Source of the DNA: a virus
Taxonomy: Duplodnaviria > Caudoviricetes
DNA length: 64,000 nucleotides
Virus record (IMG/VR): IMGVR_UViG_3300005680_000030
Span: 1,452 to 65,451 of that record
Strand: one strand, 5' to 3'
The stretch's first letter is position 1, and every line of letters begins with the position of its first letter. This document shows, in pieces, positions 36,522-45,261 of the stretch. The notes beneath the pieces are model-generated. The model saw only the letters and a program-made list of their open reading frames with translations. It had not been told where the DNA came from and did not search any database. A program made the position numbers and the translations under genes.

Positions 36522-36722
36522 TCAGTCGCCTATTGCGACCGCGAGTCTGGCGCGGTCGAAGCCTATCGGCGCGATGCTGCGCCGGACGCGGGTGATGGTC
36601 GTCGTCGTCGGGGCTTCCACGACGACGACGGGCGCGGAGCCACGGCGCTCGCGGTAGATGACCCTCGCGGGGCCATCCACCTCGACCGCATCGCCAACCC
36701 TCATGGTGGTCACAAGCGCCAT
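36522..36722 (-). CDS. CsrA-like small beta protein
   Basis: MALVTTMRVGDAVEVDGPARVIYRERRGSAPVVVVEAP aligns by eye with the CsrA pattern MLILTRRVGE...VRIGVNAP. Confidence 0.55.
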   Translation of the reverse strand: MALVTTMRVGDAVEVDGPARVIYRERRGSAPVVVVEAPTTTTITRVRRSIAPIGFDRARLAVAIGD

Positions 36723-36742
36723 GTACGCGGCTCCTCCTGCTC

Positions 36743-37825
36743 TCAGCGCCGCCGGCCGGCGCGCTGGTGGTCGGTCTGGGCGAGCCAGGCGTCTTCCTGC
36801 TCGGGCGTCATGCGGCCGACGATGCCCTCGAGGCGAGCCGGATCCTCGGCGGCGATGCGGTTGACGGAAGCGAATGCGTCGCCTTCGGCTCCGCCGTCGG
36901 CGTCGGTCGCCGGCGCCTTGGCGAGGGTGATCGGCGGCGCGGGCCGGGGATCGGTGCGCGCCTTCCCCCGCGGGTCCGCCGCCTTGGGCCCGGGCTTGGG
37001 CGTCGGCGTGGGCTTGGGGGCCTCCGACGGCATCAGATCCGGGTGCCGGCGCGCCATGATGAGCCGCGACTCCTCGAGCGCCGCCGAGAACGAAAGCCCC
37101 GTCGCGAGCTCCGAGGCGGTGAACCGCTGCACGATGTCGTCGAACGTGCGCGAGACCTTGACGGCTTCCTCGCTCGCGCCGTCCTCGAACCCCGCGAAGA
37201 GGGTCGGGTGGCGGGCGGCGAAGTCGAGGCGGGCGTGCTCCCAGAGCTTCGTCCCGATCGCTTCGGCCTGATCGTACCACTTGTCGGCCGCGCGCTCGGC
37301 GGCGGCCAGCGTCTCGCGCTCCTCGAGTTGCGCGTCGAGCTCTTCGCGGGTCAACTCGCCGTCGTCGAAGCGGTCGAGGAGCGCCTTGCGGTCGCCGATC
37401 TCCCTGAGGCGGTTTGCCTGCGCCTCCGTCCACTCGGGCGGGGCTCCAAGCGCAGCCTGCGCCGCTTCGAGCGCGTCGGTGGTCGGGCCGGACTCGGCGG
37501 GCGCGGGCGGATCGGCCGGCGTCTCCGGGGTCGCGGCGGGCGGCTCTGCCTCCGGCTGCGCCACAAGGCGCGGATCGGGGTCTTCATCCCCTTGCTCGCC
37601 CTCTTCGCCCTCCTCGGTCGCGGCGGCGCGCGCCTGCTCGAGCTCGCCCTCCTCGCCGAGTTCGTCCAGTTCAGCCAGCGCGTCGCGCTCCTCCTCGGTG
37701 AGGGTGTCGCTGATGTCCTCGAAATCGACGTCGGGGATCGCCGGCTCGGTGTCGAAGCTGACGACGGGCGCCTGCTTCTCCAGTTCCATCTGCTGTTCCA
37801 GTGCTTCCTGCTCGTCGGGCATCAT
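36743..37825 (-). CDS. Scaffolding protein
   Basis: Highly acidic, helical 360-aa ORF between portal and capsid. Confidence 0.75.
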   Translation of the reverse strand: MMPDEQEALEQQMELEKQAPVVSFDTEPAIPDVDFEDISDTLTEEERDALAELDELGEEGELEQARAAATEEGEEGEQGDEDPDPRLVAQPEAEPPAATPETPADPPAPAESGPTTDALEAAQAALGAPPEWTEAQANRLREIGDRKALLDRFDDGELTREELDAQLEERETLAAAERAADKWYDQAEAIGTKLWEHARLDFAARHPTLFAGFEDGASEEAVKVSRTFDDIVQRFTASELATGLSFSAALEESRLIMARRHPDLMPSEAPKPTPTPKPGPKAADPRGKARTDPRPAPPITLAKAPATDADGGAEGDAFASVNRIAAEDPARLEGIVGRMTPEQEDAWLAQTDHQRAGRRR

Positions 37826-37831
37826 GTCCTC

Positions 37832-40144
37832 TTAGATCGGCGACGCGGGCGGTTGGTCGTCAGGCATGGCCGCGCCCGCGGCGGCCTCCTGCATCGCGGC
37901 GCCTTCGGCGGCTAGCTGTTCAAGCTCGCCGGCCTCGGCGTCGATCTCGGCGGCCTCGTCCTTCTCGGACTGGCCGATGAATCCGCTCTCGCGCAGGATC
38001 GCGTCGGCGACCGGGGCCGCGCCGCGCGCGCTGATGGCGGCGAGGGCGGTGTTGAAGGCCGCCATCTGCGTATTGACCTTCTCGAGCACGTCCTTGGTCT
38101 GCGCGAGAAGGGCGTCGGCGGCGGTCTTGTCGGCAGCGGCTTTCTTCTGCGCCGCGCTGCTCTCCTTGTCGGCGATCTCGGCCTCTTCCATGCGGATGGC
38201 GCGGTCCGCGGCGGCGGCCTCCTGGTCTTTCCGTGCCTGCTCCTCGGGAGAGAGTTCGTCCGAATCCGGGTCGGTCTGGCCGGTGGCGGCGCGGATGCGC
38301 TGCACCAGCTCCTCGCGGTTCGGAACGTCGAGGCTGTCGATGATGAGGTCGAGCATGACGACGACGACCTGGGGCGCGGTGGCCGCCATCTCGCGCGCCA
38401 GCGCCAGAAGCTGCTCCGCCTGCGCCGCGCGCACGGTCGCCTGCCAGGCATCCTCGCTGATGACGAAGTCGGCCTTGGAGAACGCGACCATGCTCTCGGG
38501 GTCGGCGGGGTCGTTGATCGAGGCGTAGGTCGCCTTGCCGCGGGCGTTCGTGATGCGGAACTGCTTCTGCTTGGTGAAGAACTGCTCGATCAGGCTGATC
38601 TGCTTCTCGCCCGAGATCTGCATCGCGAGGCGGAGGTGGTCGAACGGGATCGCGGTCGAGATGGCGCCCTGATCCTGGCGACGCTCGATGGCGATGCCGC
38701 TCTTCGCGTTGCTCTGCCGCCCCAGGTTCTCGTTGGTGACGCCGCCAACCTGCTCGATCATGGCGATCATGCGCGTCATGACCTCCATGTGCGCCGGCGC
38801 GAGCTCGCGGTCGGCGTTCATGGTGAACTTGCCATGGTAGCCTGCGTTCAGCTCGATAACGGCGTCGGGGTGGCTGGCCTCCTCCAGCAACTCGTCGATG
38901 TCGTCGACGGCCCCCTTCTCGGTGACGATCTTGTTGCTCGAGAGGATGTGCAGCGCCTTCGCCGCGCGCCAGTTGATGTCGTTCTGGATCGACCGCAGGC
39001 CGCGGATCACGCCATAGGGCAGGTTGTTGCTGTCGCGGCGGTAGCACCAGATCGGGGTGAACGGGAACCCGTTGTGGCGGTAGGGCGACTCCGTGACGCT
39101 CAGGAGGCCCGCCGTCGTCATGATCGCGCAGTGCATGCGCATGCCGGTGGTCTCGATGACCTGGGCCTCGCCCGAGGCGATCTCCGCCGCGTGTCCCTCG
39201 CTCCACGGGTCGTAGACCTCGCCGGCGAACTGGCCGCCGCTCATCTTGAGCAGGCCCCTCGTGACCTTGCGGAACCAGACCTCGATGACGCGCACGCGTG
39301 GCCGGCTATAGTCGAACTCCGAGAGGGTCGACGTCAGGTCGGCGATCTCGCGCTCGGCGGTGTCCATGACGTCGTCGCCGAGGGCGAGGTCGAAGGCGCC
39401 GAGATAGCTGTTGTGCTGGGCCGCAAGGCGCGCGACGTGCGCCCGCTTCGGGAACCAGCCCTCGACGATGTCGAGATCGACCCACTTCGTGCGGATCACG
39501 TAGCGGGCGTCGGACAGGTCGAGCTCGGTGGATGCCCGGTCCCAGAACATGTTCCGCCACGATTCGTACCGGCTGTAGACGGGTTCGCCGTCCTCGTCGG
39601 ACTGCACGCCGTCCTCGAGCCAGCCGATCCCGCCCTTGACGCAGTCGCCGAAGGCACGGGAGCGGTGGAAGTGCGCGCGGTTGATGTCGCCGAGGTATTT
39701 CAGGAACTCGGTCTTGCGGCCCGCCTCGCCGCTGTTCTCCTTCTTGCGGGCCAGCACCTTGAAGTCGACTCGCGAGCGCAGCTCGGTCCCGAGGATCCAG
39801 TTGATCGTGGTGGCGGTGACGTTGAGCGTCACGGGGGTCTGGCCGCGCCGCTTGAGCGTCAGGAGATCGCGCGCGTCCCACTGGTCGTTGTCGTAGCAGC
39901 GATGGTCGAGATCCTGCTCGACGCGGTTTTCACGGTGTCCCTCGATCTCGCGCAGGAAGTAGCCCATGAGCGCGCCGTAGAGGTCGCGGTTCTGCGGGCT
40001 GTCGAGCTTGTCGCCGAGGTTCGATCTGACCTTGGGGACGATGTCACGCTTCTTCGGGGTGACGCCGCCGCGGTCGCCCGGCTGGTAGGTCGCCTGGCGG
40101 CTCCTGTAGGTCGAGCCGTCGGGGTTCGTCTTGGTCTCAAACAT
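37832..40144 (-). CDS. Portal protein (P22-like)
   Basis: CYDNDQWD...LNVTATTINWILG...GIGWLE...YRHNGFPFTPIWCYR; 770 aa after the terL region. Confidence 0.92.
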   Translation of the reverse strand: MFETKTNPDGSTYRSRQATYQPGDRGGVTPKKRDIVPKVRSNLGDKLDSPQNRDLYGALMGYFLREIEGHRENRVEQDLDHRCYDNDQWDARDLLTLKRRGQTPVTLNVTATTINWILGTELRSRVDFKVLARKKENSGEAGRKTEFLKYLGDINRAHFHRSRAFGDCVKGGIGWLEDGVQSDEDGEPVYSRYESWRNMFWDRASTELDLSDARYVIRTKWVDLDIVEGWFPKRAHVARLAAQHNSYLGAFDLALGDDVMDTAEREIADLTSTLSEFDYSRPRVRVIEVWFRKVTRGLLKMSGGQFAGEVYDPWSEGHAAEIASGEAQVIETTGMRMHCAIMTTAGLLSVTESPYRHNGFPFTPIWCYRRDSNNLPYGVIRGLRSIQNDINWRAAKALHILSSNKIVTEKGAVDDIDELLEEASHPDAVIELNAGYHGKFTMNADRELAPAHMEVMTRMIAMIEQVGGVTNENLGRQSNAKSGIAIERRQDQGAISTAIPFDHLRLAMQISGEKQISLIEQFFTKQKQFRITNARGKATYASINDPADPESMVAFSKADFVISEDAWQATVRAAQAEQLLALAREMAATAPQVVVVMLDLIIDSLDVPNREELVQRIRAATGQTDPDSDELSPEEQARKDQEAAAADRAIRMEEAEIADKESSAAQKKAAADKTAADALLAQTKDVLEKVNTQMAAFNTALAAISARGAAPVADAILRESGFIGQSEKDEAAEIDAEAGELEQLAAEGAAMQEAAAGAAMPDDQPPASPI

Positions 40145-40586
40145 CGTCCGTCACCTCGACATGCTGCTGGGCGCCGGTGCCGCGGTTGGTGACGAGGATG
40201 TCCGCCATGACGCGCCGGTGGACGTCCGGCCGCGGCGGCATGGCGATCACGTCACCGATGTGGTCGCGGATGATCGAGAGCACCCGCATGGCCGGGAGCA
40301 TGCCGACGCCGATGTCGAGCGTCGCGGCGATCGACACGCACTCGGTGGCGGCCGCCTCTGGCTGGCCGCGCTCCTGGTCGTAGATCCAGAGGTTCTGCAT
40401 GCGGACGACGCAGGGCGTCACCTTCTCGACGTCGAAGCGGCCGAAGTCTCGCCGGCGCATGAGCACGAGGCAGGGCTCGGCGTCATCGTCGAGGAGGAAC
40501 CACGTCCCGACCGCGATGATGTCGCCGTGGCGCTGCTCGAAGGCCGTGTTGCGGAGGTCGAGGACGTGCCGGGAGTTCATGCTCAT
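40137..40586 (-). CDS. Conserved hypothetical protein between terL and portal
   Basis: HGDIIAVGTW...EPCLVL...PCVVRMQNLWIY; coupled on both sides. Confidence 0.7.
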   Translation of the reverse strand: MSMNSRHVLDLRNTAFEQRHGDIIAVGTWFLLDDDAEPCLVLMRRRDFGRFDVEKVTPCVVRMQNLWIYDQERGQPEAAATECVSIAATLDIGVGMLPAMRVLSIIRDHIGDVIAMPPRPDVHRRVMADILVTNRGTGAQQHVEVTDDV

Positions 40587-42181
40587 GTGCGGCTCCGGTT
40601 GGGGCGGCGCATTCCTTGGCCGGAGGAGGACTTGAAGATGTGGTGCGCCTGCGCGAACTGCCGGAAGGCGTCGGCGGCCTCGGTGTGCTCGTCCTTGATC
40701 GGTTCCTCCATCCAGTAGCCGGTCGCGGTGTTGCGCCGCTTGCGGTAGGATCCGAGGTGGACGAGTCCTTCCTTCGTCTCGGTCTCGTCGAACCAGCACT
40801 CGTTGAAGACCTGGCGGACCGCATTGATGCCGTCGCGCAGCTCGTTCACGCGCGGGACGACCTGGAACTTCCACGTCGGCTTGAGGCGCTGCAGCAGGAG
40901 GAGGGGCGACCATAGCTCGGTCTCGCCCTGACGCTCCTGCAGGGCGTCGTTAGGCAGGTAGTGGATGCCCCAGACCAGATTGTCGCGCTCCGCGATGTCG
41001 TCGAGGCGCTTGACGTAGGTGCTGAACGGCTCTTCCCAGCCCTCCACGAACCGGATGAAGCGGTGCTCGGGGTGGACGTGCTGATGGACCCAGATCGCGA
41101 CGCCGTCGCGCGAGCCGAGATCCCAGAACGTGTTGCAGCCGACGCCGGTGGCGATCGGCAGGGTCGGCCGGATGCGGCCCTTCACGCGCGCCTGAGCGAG
41201 CTCCTTGGAGTAGTAGGCCCCTTCGGCGCTCTGTTGCCAGCATTCCTCGGGCGATGACGGGTACTCGCGCCACATGAGCGCCTGGTCGCCGAAGCACTGG
41301 CCATCGCGCGTGGCGATGTACCACGCCCGCGCCTCGGGGCTGATCTTCGCGCCGGCGCCCATGCGCTCGAGGAACAGCTTTGAGCCCTCGATCCCGTCGA
41401 AATACTCGTGCTCCTTGGGTGAGACGCGCACGAGGGCGGGGTCGACGCGATGCTCGGTCGACGTCCACCAGGCCGAGAAGAAGAACTTGAAGTCGCGCGG
41501 GCTCAGTTCGACGGCGCTCTCCCATTTCGCCTGCGCCTCGGTCGCCCACTTGTGGAACACGCCGCTCGCGCCCTCGGCGGTGCTCTCGATCGTGGCGACG
41601 CCGTGGAGCGGGACGGCCGGCAGCGCGCCCGAGGCGATCTCCTTGGCGCGGTCGGGGAACTTCGCCGCGATCTTGCCCATCTCCGAGACGTGCAGCCGGT
41701 GGATCGTGGCCGATCGCATCGAGGTCGAGACGCGGAGCGAGCTGTTGTTGTGGGCGAGGAGCAATTCCTCGGCCGAGTCCCTCTTGAGCGGCATGCGCTC
41801 GCGCAAGGCCTCTGGGAGGTTGTCGTAGGCGAACTTGGCCTTGTCGCGGAAGATCGCCCGCGCGTCGGGCTCGGTGTGCGCGATGAAGCCGCACCGCTGG
41901 TCGGGAACGAAAAGGGTGTGGTCGAGTAGGTAGAGGACGCCGGCGGTAGTGAAGCCTCTCTGCCTATCCTTAAGGATTATGTTGCGATACCACATACCCT
42001 CGAGGAACTCGATCTGCTCGGGGTATGGGATGAACGGCATGACCGCGCCGGGCTGCGACGGGTCGTCCTTGGTCATGATCTTGTAGAGCACGCCCGACGT
42101 GAGCCGCCACCACGGGTCGGCGAGCTTGTCGCCGATCGCGTCGAGGAGGCGCGGGTCGAGGGTGATCTCGCCCTGCATCAT
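40583..42181 (-). CDS. terL: Terminase large subunit
   Basis: Walker A ILKDRQRGFTT, Walker B LHVSE, ESTAEG, nuclease motif WDLG...HYLPND...HTEAADAFRQFA. Confidence 0.93.
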   Translation of the reverse strand: MMQGEITLDPRLLDAIGDKLADPWWRLTSGVLYKIMTKDDPSQPGAVMPFIPYPEQIEFLEGMWYRNIILKDRQRGFTTAGVLYLLDHTLFVPDQRCGFIAHTEPDARAIFRDKAKFAYDNLPEALRERMPLKRDSAEELLLAHNNSSLRVSTSMRSATIHRLHVSEMGKIAAKFPDRAKEIASGALPAVPLHGVATIESTAEGASGVFHKWATEAQAKWESAVELSPRDFKFFFSAWWTSTEHRVDPALVRVSPKEHEYFDGIEGSKLFLERMGAGAKISPEARAWYIATRDGQCFGDQALMWREYPSSPEECWQQSAEGAYYSKELAQARVKGRIRPTLPIATGVGCNTFWDLGSRDGVAIWVHQHVHPEHRFIRFVEGWEEPFSTYVKRLDDIAERDNLVWGIHYLPNDALQERQGETELWSPLLLLQRLKPTWKFQVVPRVNELRDGINAVRQVFNECWFDETETKEGLVHLGSYRKRRNTATGYWMEEPIKDEHTEAADAFRQFAQAHHIFKSSSGQGMRRPNRSRT

Positions 42182-42543
42182 GCGCGGCGCAGCCCCGTGA
42201 CGTCGACGATGACGGCGCCGGGCTTCTCGACGGGCCCGAGCGACCAGTCGACCTCGAGGAGGTTGTCGCGCACGCCGAGCGCGTCGGCGATGCCGTCGAG
42301 GAACGCCTTGCAGGAGGCGATGGCGTTGTCCTTGTCGATCTGGACGTTCGGCCGGCAGAGGAGGAAGCGCAGGGAGATGCCGGTGGCGGTCTCCTGCGGG
42401 CCGGCGCGATACACGCCTGCGGCCCGCGCGGAGTAGAACGCCTCCTCGCGCGCCTTCTTCGTGCTGCGCGCCTTCGCCATGCGGTTCGGCCGCGCGTTCG
42501 GCGAGAGCACCGGGTTGGGCCAGGACAGGATTACTACTGGCAC
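42178..42543 (-). CDS. RusA-like endodeoxyribonuclease
   Basis: LSWPNPVLSPNAR...DKDNAIASCKAFLDGIADALGVRD. Confidence 0.75.
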   Translation of the reverse strand: MPVVILSWPNPVLSPNARPNRMAKARSTKKAREEAFYSARAAGVYRAGPQETATGISLRFLLCRPNVQIDKDNAIASCKAFLDGIADALGVRDNLLEVDWSLGPVEKPGAVIVDVTGLRRA

Positions 42544-42743
42544 GCGGCGCTCCCGTGGCGCTGCACGGCCTTGGCGGAGAGTCGTCGATACGGCTTCATG
42601 TCGACGCCGGCGGCCGCGCTGATCAGGCTGTTCAGCGTGAGCCAGGACAGGCCGAACCGAACCTTGACGTCCTCGATGCCCATGCCGCCGCGGAGCATGT
42701 CGGCGACGTCGGATGAACTGAGGTGCTTGGCGGACAGCGTCAC
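42534..42743 (-). CDS. Small HTH-like protein
   Basis: GTG start; DVADMLRGGMGIEDVKVRFGLSWLTL. Confidence 0.5.
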   Translation of the reverse strand: MTLSAKHLSSSDVADMLRGGMGIEDVKVRFGLSWLTLNSLISAAAGVDMKPYRRLSAKAVQRHGSAACQ

Positions 42744-43066
42744 GGCGCGATGACCTCCTGCTGCGCCTCGCCGCTGTAGAACCGCCTGCCGTCCGCCCAC
42801 TCGGCGTAGACGCGCAGGATGTAGAGGCCGGGCGTGTCGAGGTGTTCGGTGGTGACGACCCAGCGGACCTTGGTGGGCTGGCCGGAGACGACAGAGACGC
42901 CGGAGGAAACCAGTACCGGATCGCCTTCGGGAGGCAGGATTCGCACGGCGCGGAGCGACGCGCCGGTCATGTCGATTCCGGTCTCGAAGATGAAGTCGCC
43001 GCCTGGCGCGCCTACGGCGCCGCGCGTGCCGGCCTTCCACTCGCGGTCCTGCGGTGCGGTGCTCAT
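42740..43066 (-). CDS. BppU-N-like beta domain protein
   Basis: TGIDMTGASLRAVRILPPEG...VRWVVTTEHLDTPGLYILRVYAEWADG. Confidence 0.65.
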   Translation of the reverse strand: MSTAPQDREWKAGTRGAVGAPGGDFIFETGIDMTGASLRAVRILPPEGDPVLVSSGVSVVSGQPTKVRWVVTTEHLDTPGLYILRVYAEWADGRRFYSGEAQQEVIAP

Positions 43067-43569
43067 CGCGTCTCCCTCAGATCAAGCTCGATGGTGGTCG
43101 GCATGAGGGTCTCCAGTTCGATCGCGCCGAGGATCGTGCTCGGTTCGGTCTCGGCCGGGCCGACGACGATCATGGTGAGCGGCGGCAGGGTGATGAGCGG
43201 GGGCACGATCTGCGCGCCCGGGCCGACGATCGGCGCGTGGGTGAGCGGCGGCAGGAGCATGCTGATCGGGGCGGCCTCGAGGCTCGCGCCTGTCGGGGTG
43301 GTGACGGTGAGCGGCGGCAGGGTGAACGAGACGTTGCTGGCCGGGCTTTCCACGCCGGTAGGCATCGAGAACGTCAGGGGGCCGAGCATGATGGTGACGG
43401 GCGCAGGCGCGGCGGGCCCGCCCTGCACCTGCATGGTGACGAGCGGCGGGAGATAGACGACAACGCCCCCTCCGTCCGCGGCAACGATCCCCGTCACCTG
43501 GCCCCACTGTAGGGGCGGCAGGCTGGCGACGTTCGCGAGACGCGGACGATGGAGGGCGCTTCGCGGCAT
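43063..43569 (-). CDS. LPPL-repeat protein
   Basis: About 6 (L/I)xPPLT-like repeats with roughly 22-aa period. Confidence 0.65.
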   Translation of the reverse strand: MPRSALHRPRLANVASLPPLQWGQVTGIVAADGGGVVVYLPPLVTMQVQGGPAAPAPVTIMLGPLTFSMPTGVESPASNVSFTLPPLTVTTPTGASLEAAPISMLLPPLTHAPIVGPGAQIVPPLITLPPLTMIVVGPAETEPSTILGAIELETLMPTTIELDLRETR

Positions 43570-43574
43570 GGGCG

Positions 43575-43955
43575 TCAGTCGCCTTCGCGCCCCTGGATCG
43601 CTCGGATCGGCGCGCTGATGCTGATGAGGCGGCCGACGGCGGCCTGCCACGGCTCGGCGACCTCGTTGATGCGCAGGATCTTCTGGCTGTTGCCGTCGAC
43701 GATCGCGATGTGCGTGACCTCGCCGTTGGCGGTGTAGGTGGCGGTGGTGGCGACGACCCACTGGATGAAGCGCCCGCCGCTGTCCACGTCGTCGGCCGGC
43801 GCGGAAGCCATGCCTGCGGCGTGGTTGCCGAGCGCGAGGTCGTTGAGCGCGTGATAGGTCGCGGCGTAGTCGGAGAGGTAGAAGATGTGGGTCGCGGTGT
43901 TGCGCATCAGGGTGAGCGGCGCATCGGCGACGTCGCGGTGGGTGAAGTTGGGCAT
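43575..43955 (-). CDS. Conserved small phage fibre-associated structural protein (126 aa)
   Basis: DVADAPLTLMRNTAT...SGGRF...NGEVTHIAIVD, recognisable phage family pattern. Confidence 0.7.
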   Translation of the reverse strand: MPNFTHRDVADAPLTLMRNTATHIFYLSDYAATYHALNDLALGNHAAGMASAPADDVDSGGRFIQWVVATTATYTANGEVTHIAIVDGNSQKILRINEVAEPWQAAVGRLISISAPIRAIQGREGD

Positions 43956-43957
43956 GG

Positions 43958-44116
43958 TCAGGTCTCCGGGGGCGTGGGGGTGCTGGTGGTCAGGTCGTGC
44001 GTGCCTGCGATCGAGGCGACGTCAACGCCGGCATCCGCGGCCTCGAGGATCGCTAGATCCCGGGCGTCGCGCTCGCGCTGGTAGGCCTCCGGGTCGAAGT
44101 CGTCGGCTTCGGCCAT
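43958..44116 (-). CDS. Small hypothetical protein (52 aa)
   Basis: MAEADDFDPEAYQRERDARDLAILEAADAG...; fills the gap between coupled genes; phage-like codon usage. Confidence 0.5.
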   Translation of the reverse strand: MAEADDFDPEAYQRERDARDLAILEAADAGVDVASIAGTHDLTTSTPTPPET

Positions 44117-44117
44117 G

Positions 44118-44306
44118 TCAGCACCAGACCATGCGCTTGGCCACGTCGCGCGCCGTGCCGCGGATCACGCGCATCATGTCGCTCAGGCCCTCATAGGGGT
44201 CGCGCTGCTGGATCCGGTTCGTCTCCATCGCGTAGGCGGCCAGCTTGCGCTCGGAGAGGTCCATTTCCGCGAAGATGAGCGTGCTCGATGAGTTGAAGAT
44301 GCTCAC
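44118..44306 (-). CDS. Hypothetical protein
   Basis: 62-aa coupled ORF. Confidence 0.55.
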   Translation of the reverse strand: MSIFNSSSTLIFAEMDLSERKLAAYAMETNRIQQRDPYEGLSDMMRVIRGTARDVAKRMVWC

Positions 44307-44515
44307 GACTGCACCTCGACCACCACGGCGGGGTGGGCCGCGACCTCGACGAGGCGCATCCCGCAGGGACCGGCCGCCTTGATCTGCTTGATCTCAACGT
44401 CGGTGAACGCCCTGGCGGCGAGAGGGACGTCACGGATCCACTCGACGTCCTCCATCCATCGCTGGACCCAGCCGGCGGCCTCCTGGGTGGTGACGTGGTC
44501 GGTGGTGGTGGTCAT
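44303..44515 (-). CDS. Hypothetical protein
   Basis: MTTTTDHVTTQEAAGWVQRW..., GAAGG RBS, coupled to the next gene. Confidence 0.55.
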   Translation of the reverse strand: MTTTTDHVTTQEAAGWVQRWMEDVEWIRDVPLAARAFTDVEIKQIKAAGPCGMRLVEVAAHPAVVVEVQS

Positions 44516-44526
44516 GAGCGAGTCCT

Positions 44527-45132
44527 TCACTCGTTGACGACGCGCAGGTTCGGACTCGACCGCTGCGCGCCGATGGGAAGCGCGGCCTGGGCGTTGACGA
44601 CCTTGTCGAGGAGTTGGGCGAGCTGGGCGTTGACGCCGATCTCGACCTCCTTGCGCTCGACGTACATCTGCAGGTGCTTGGCGATGGCATCGAGGGCGGT
44701 GGTCTTGGGCCAGAGGCGGACCTTGTGGACGTACTCGACCTCTGGATCCTCGCCCTTTGCGGTGGGGAGCACCTTGGTGACGACCTCGATCGAGGCGACG
44801 GCGCGGGCCAGATCGTCGGGCCACGCGCTCGGGTGCTTGAGGCCGCCCCCTTCGGTGAAGAGGCCGCGGATGTCGGAGAAGCCGATGCGGCCGAGCTCGG
44901 CGAGGGTTTCCTCGACCGTGATGCCCGTGCGCTGGATCGCCTCTCTCACGACTACTCCGTGCTGAGCACGGAGGCACTCAATCCGGCTCTTGATGATCTC
45001 CCGCTTGGCAAGGCGCTGAGCGTTGGCGGAGTGCTTCCTGAAGCCGGCCTTCTCATAGGCGGAGGAGATACTCTCCCCGGCGGCGACCGCTCTCGCGAAG
45101 GCTTCCCATTGGGGATTTTTCAGGGGCTCCAT
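44527..45132 (-). CDS. terS: Terminase small subunit
   Basis: WEAFARAVAAGESISSAYEKAGF...ANAQRL HTH; LAELGRIGFSDI...KTTALDAIAKHLQMY. Confidence 0.85.
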   Translation of the reverse strand: MEPLKNPQWEAFARAVAAGESISSAYEKAGFRKHSANAQRLAKREIIKSRIECLRAQHGVVVREAIQRTGITVEETLAELGRIGFSDIRGLFTEGGGLKHPSAWPDDLARAVASIEVVTKVLPTAKGEDPEVEYVHKVRLWPKTTALDAIAKHLQMYVERKEVEIGVNAQLAQLLDKVVNAQAALPIGAQRSSPNLRVVNE

Positions 45133-45139
45133 GCGTCTG

Positions 45140-45234
45140 ACTTGCGGTTTTGGATAGCCATTTATACGGATATCGTATATTTTTGCGATAGTTGCTCCGG
45201 CAGATCATGCCTACAACTATCCGAAATAGCAAGT
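45140..45234. promoter_or_regulatory. Two inverted operator sites (45140-45158, 45216-45234) in the terS/dcm divergent gap; terS promoter candidate TTGCTA-N17-CATGAT
   Basis: ACTTGCG-GTTTT-GGATAGC and ACTATCC-GAAAT-AGCAAGT; AT-rich intergenic region. Confidence 0.7.
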
Positions 45235-45261
45235 CCGCCCCAACGCGGAACGGGAGACCCT

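Noticed and set aside
34212-37271. Long plus-strand ORFs opposite real genes (e.g. 34212..37271, 11657..13726, 17342..19348, 20678..22804, 44614 extension)
   Set aside because: Antisense shadows expected in high-GC coding DNA; no motifs, and the opposite strand carries recognisable proteins.
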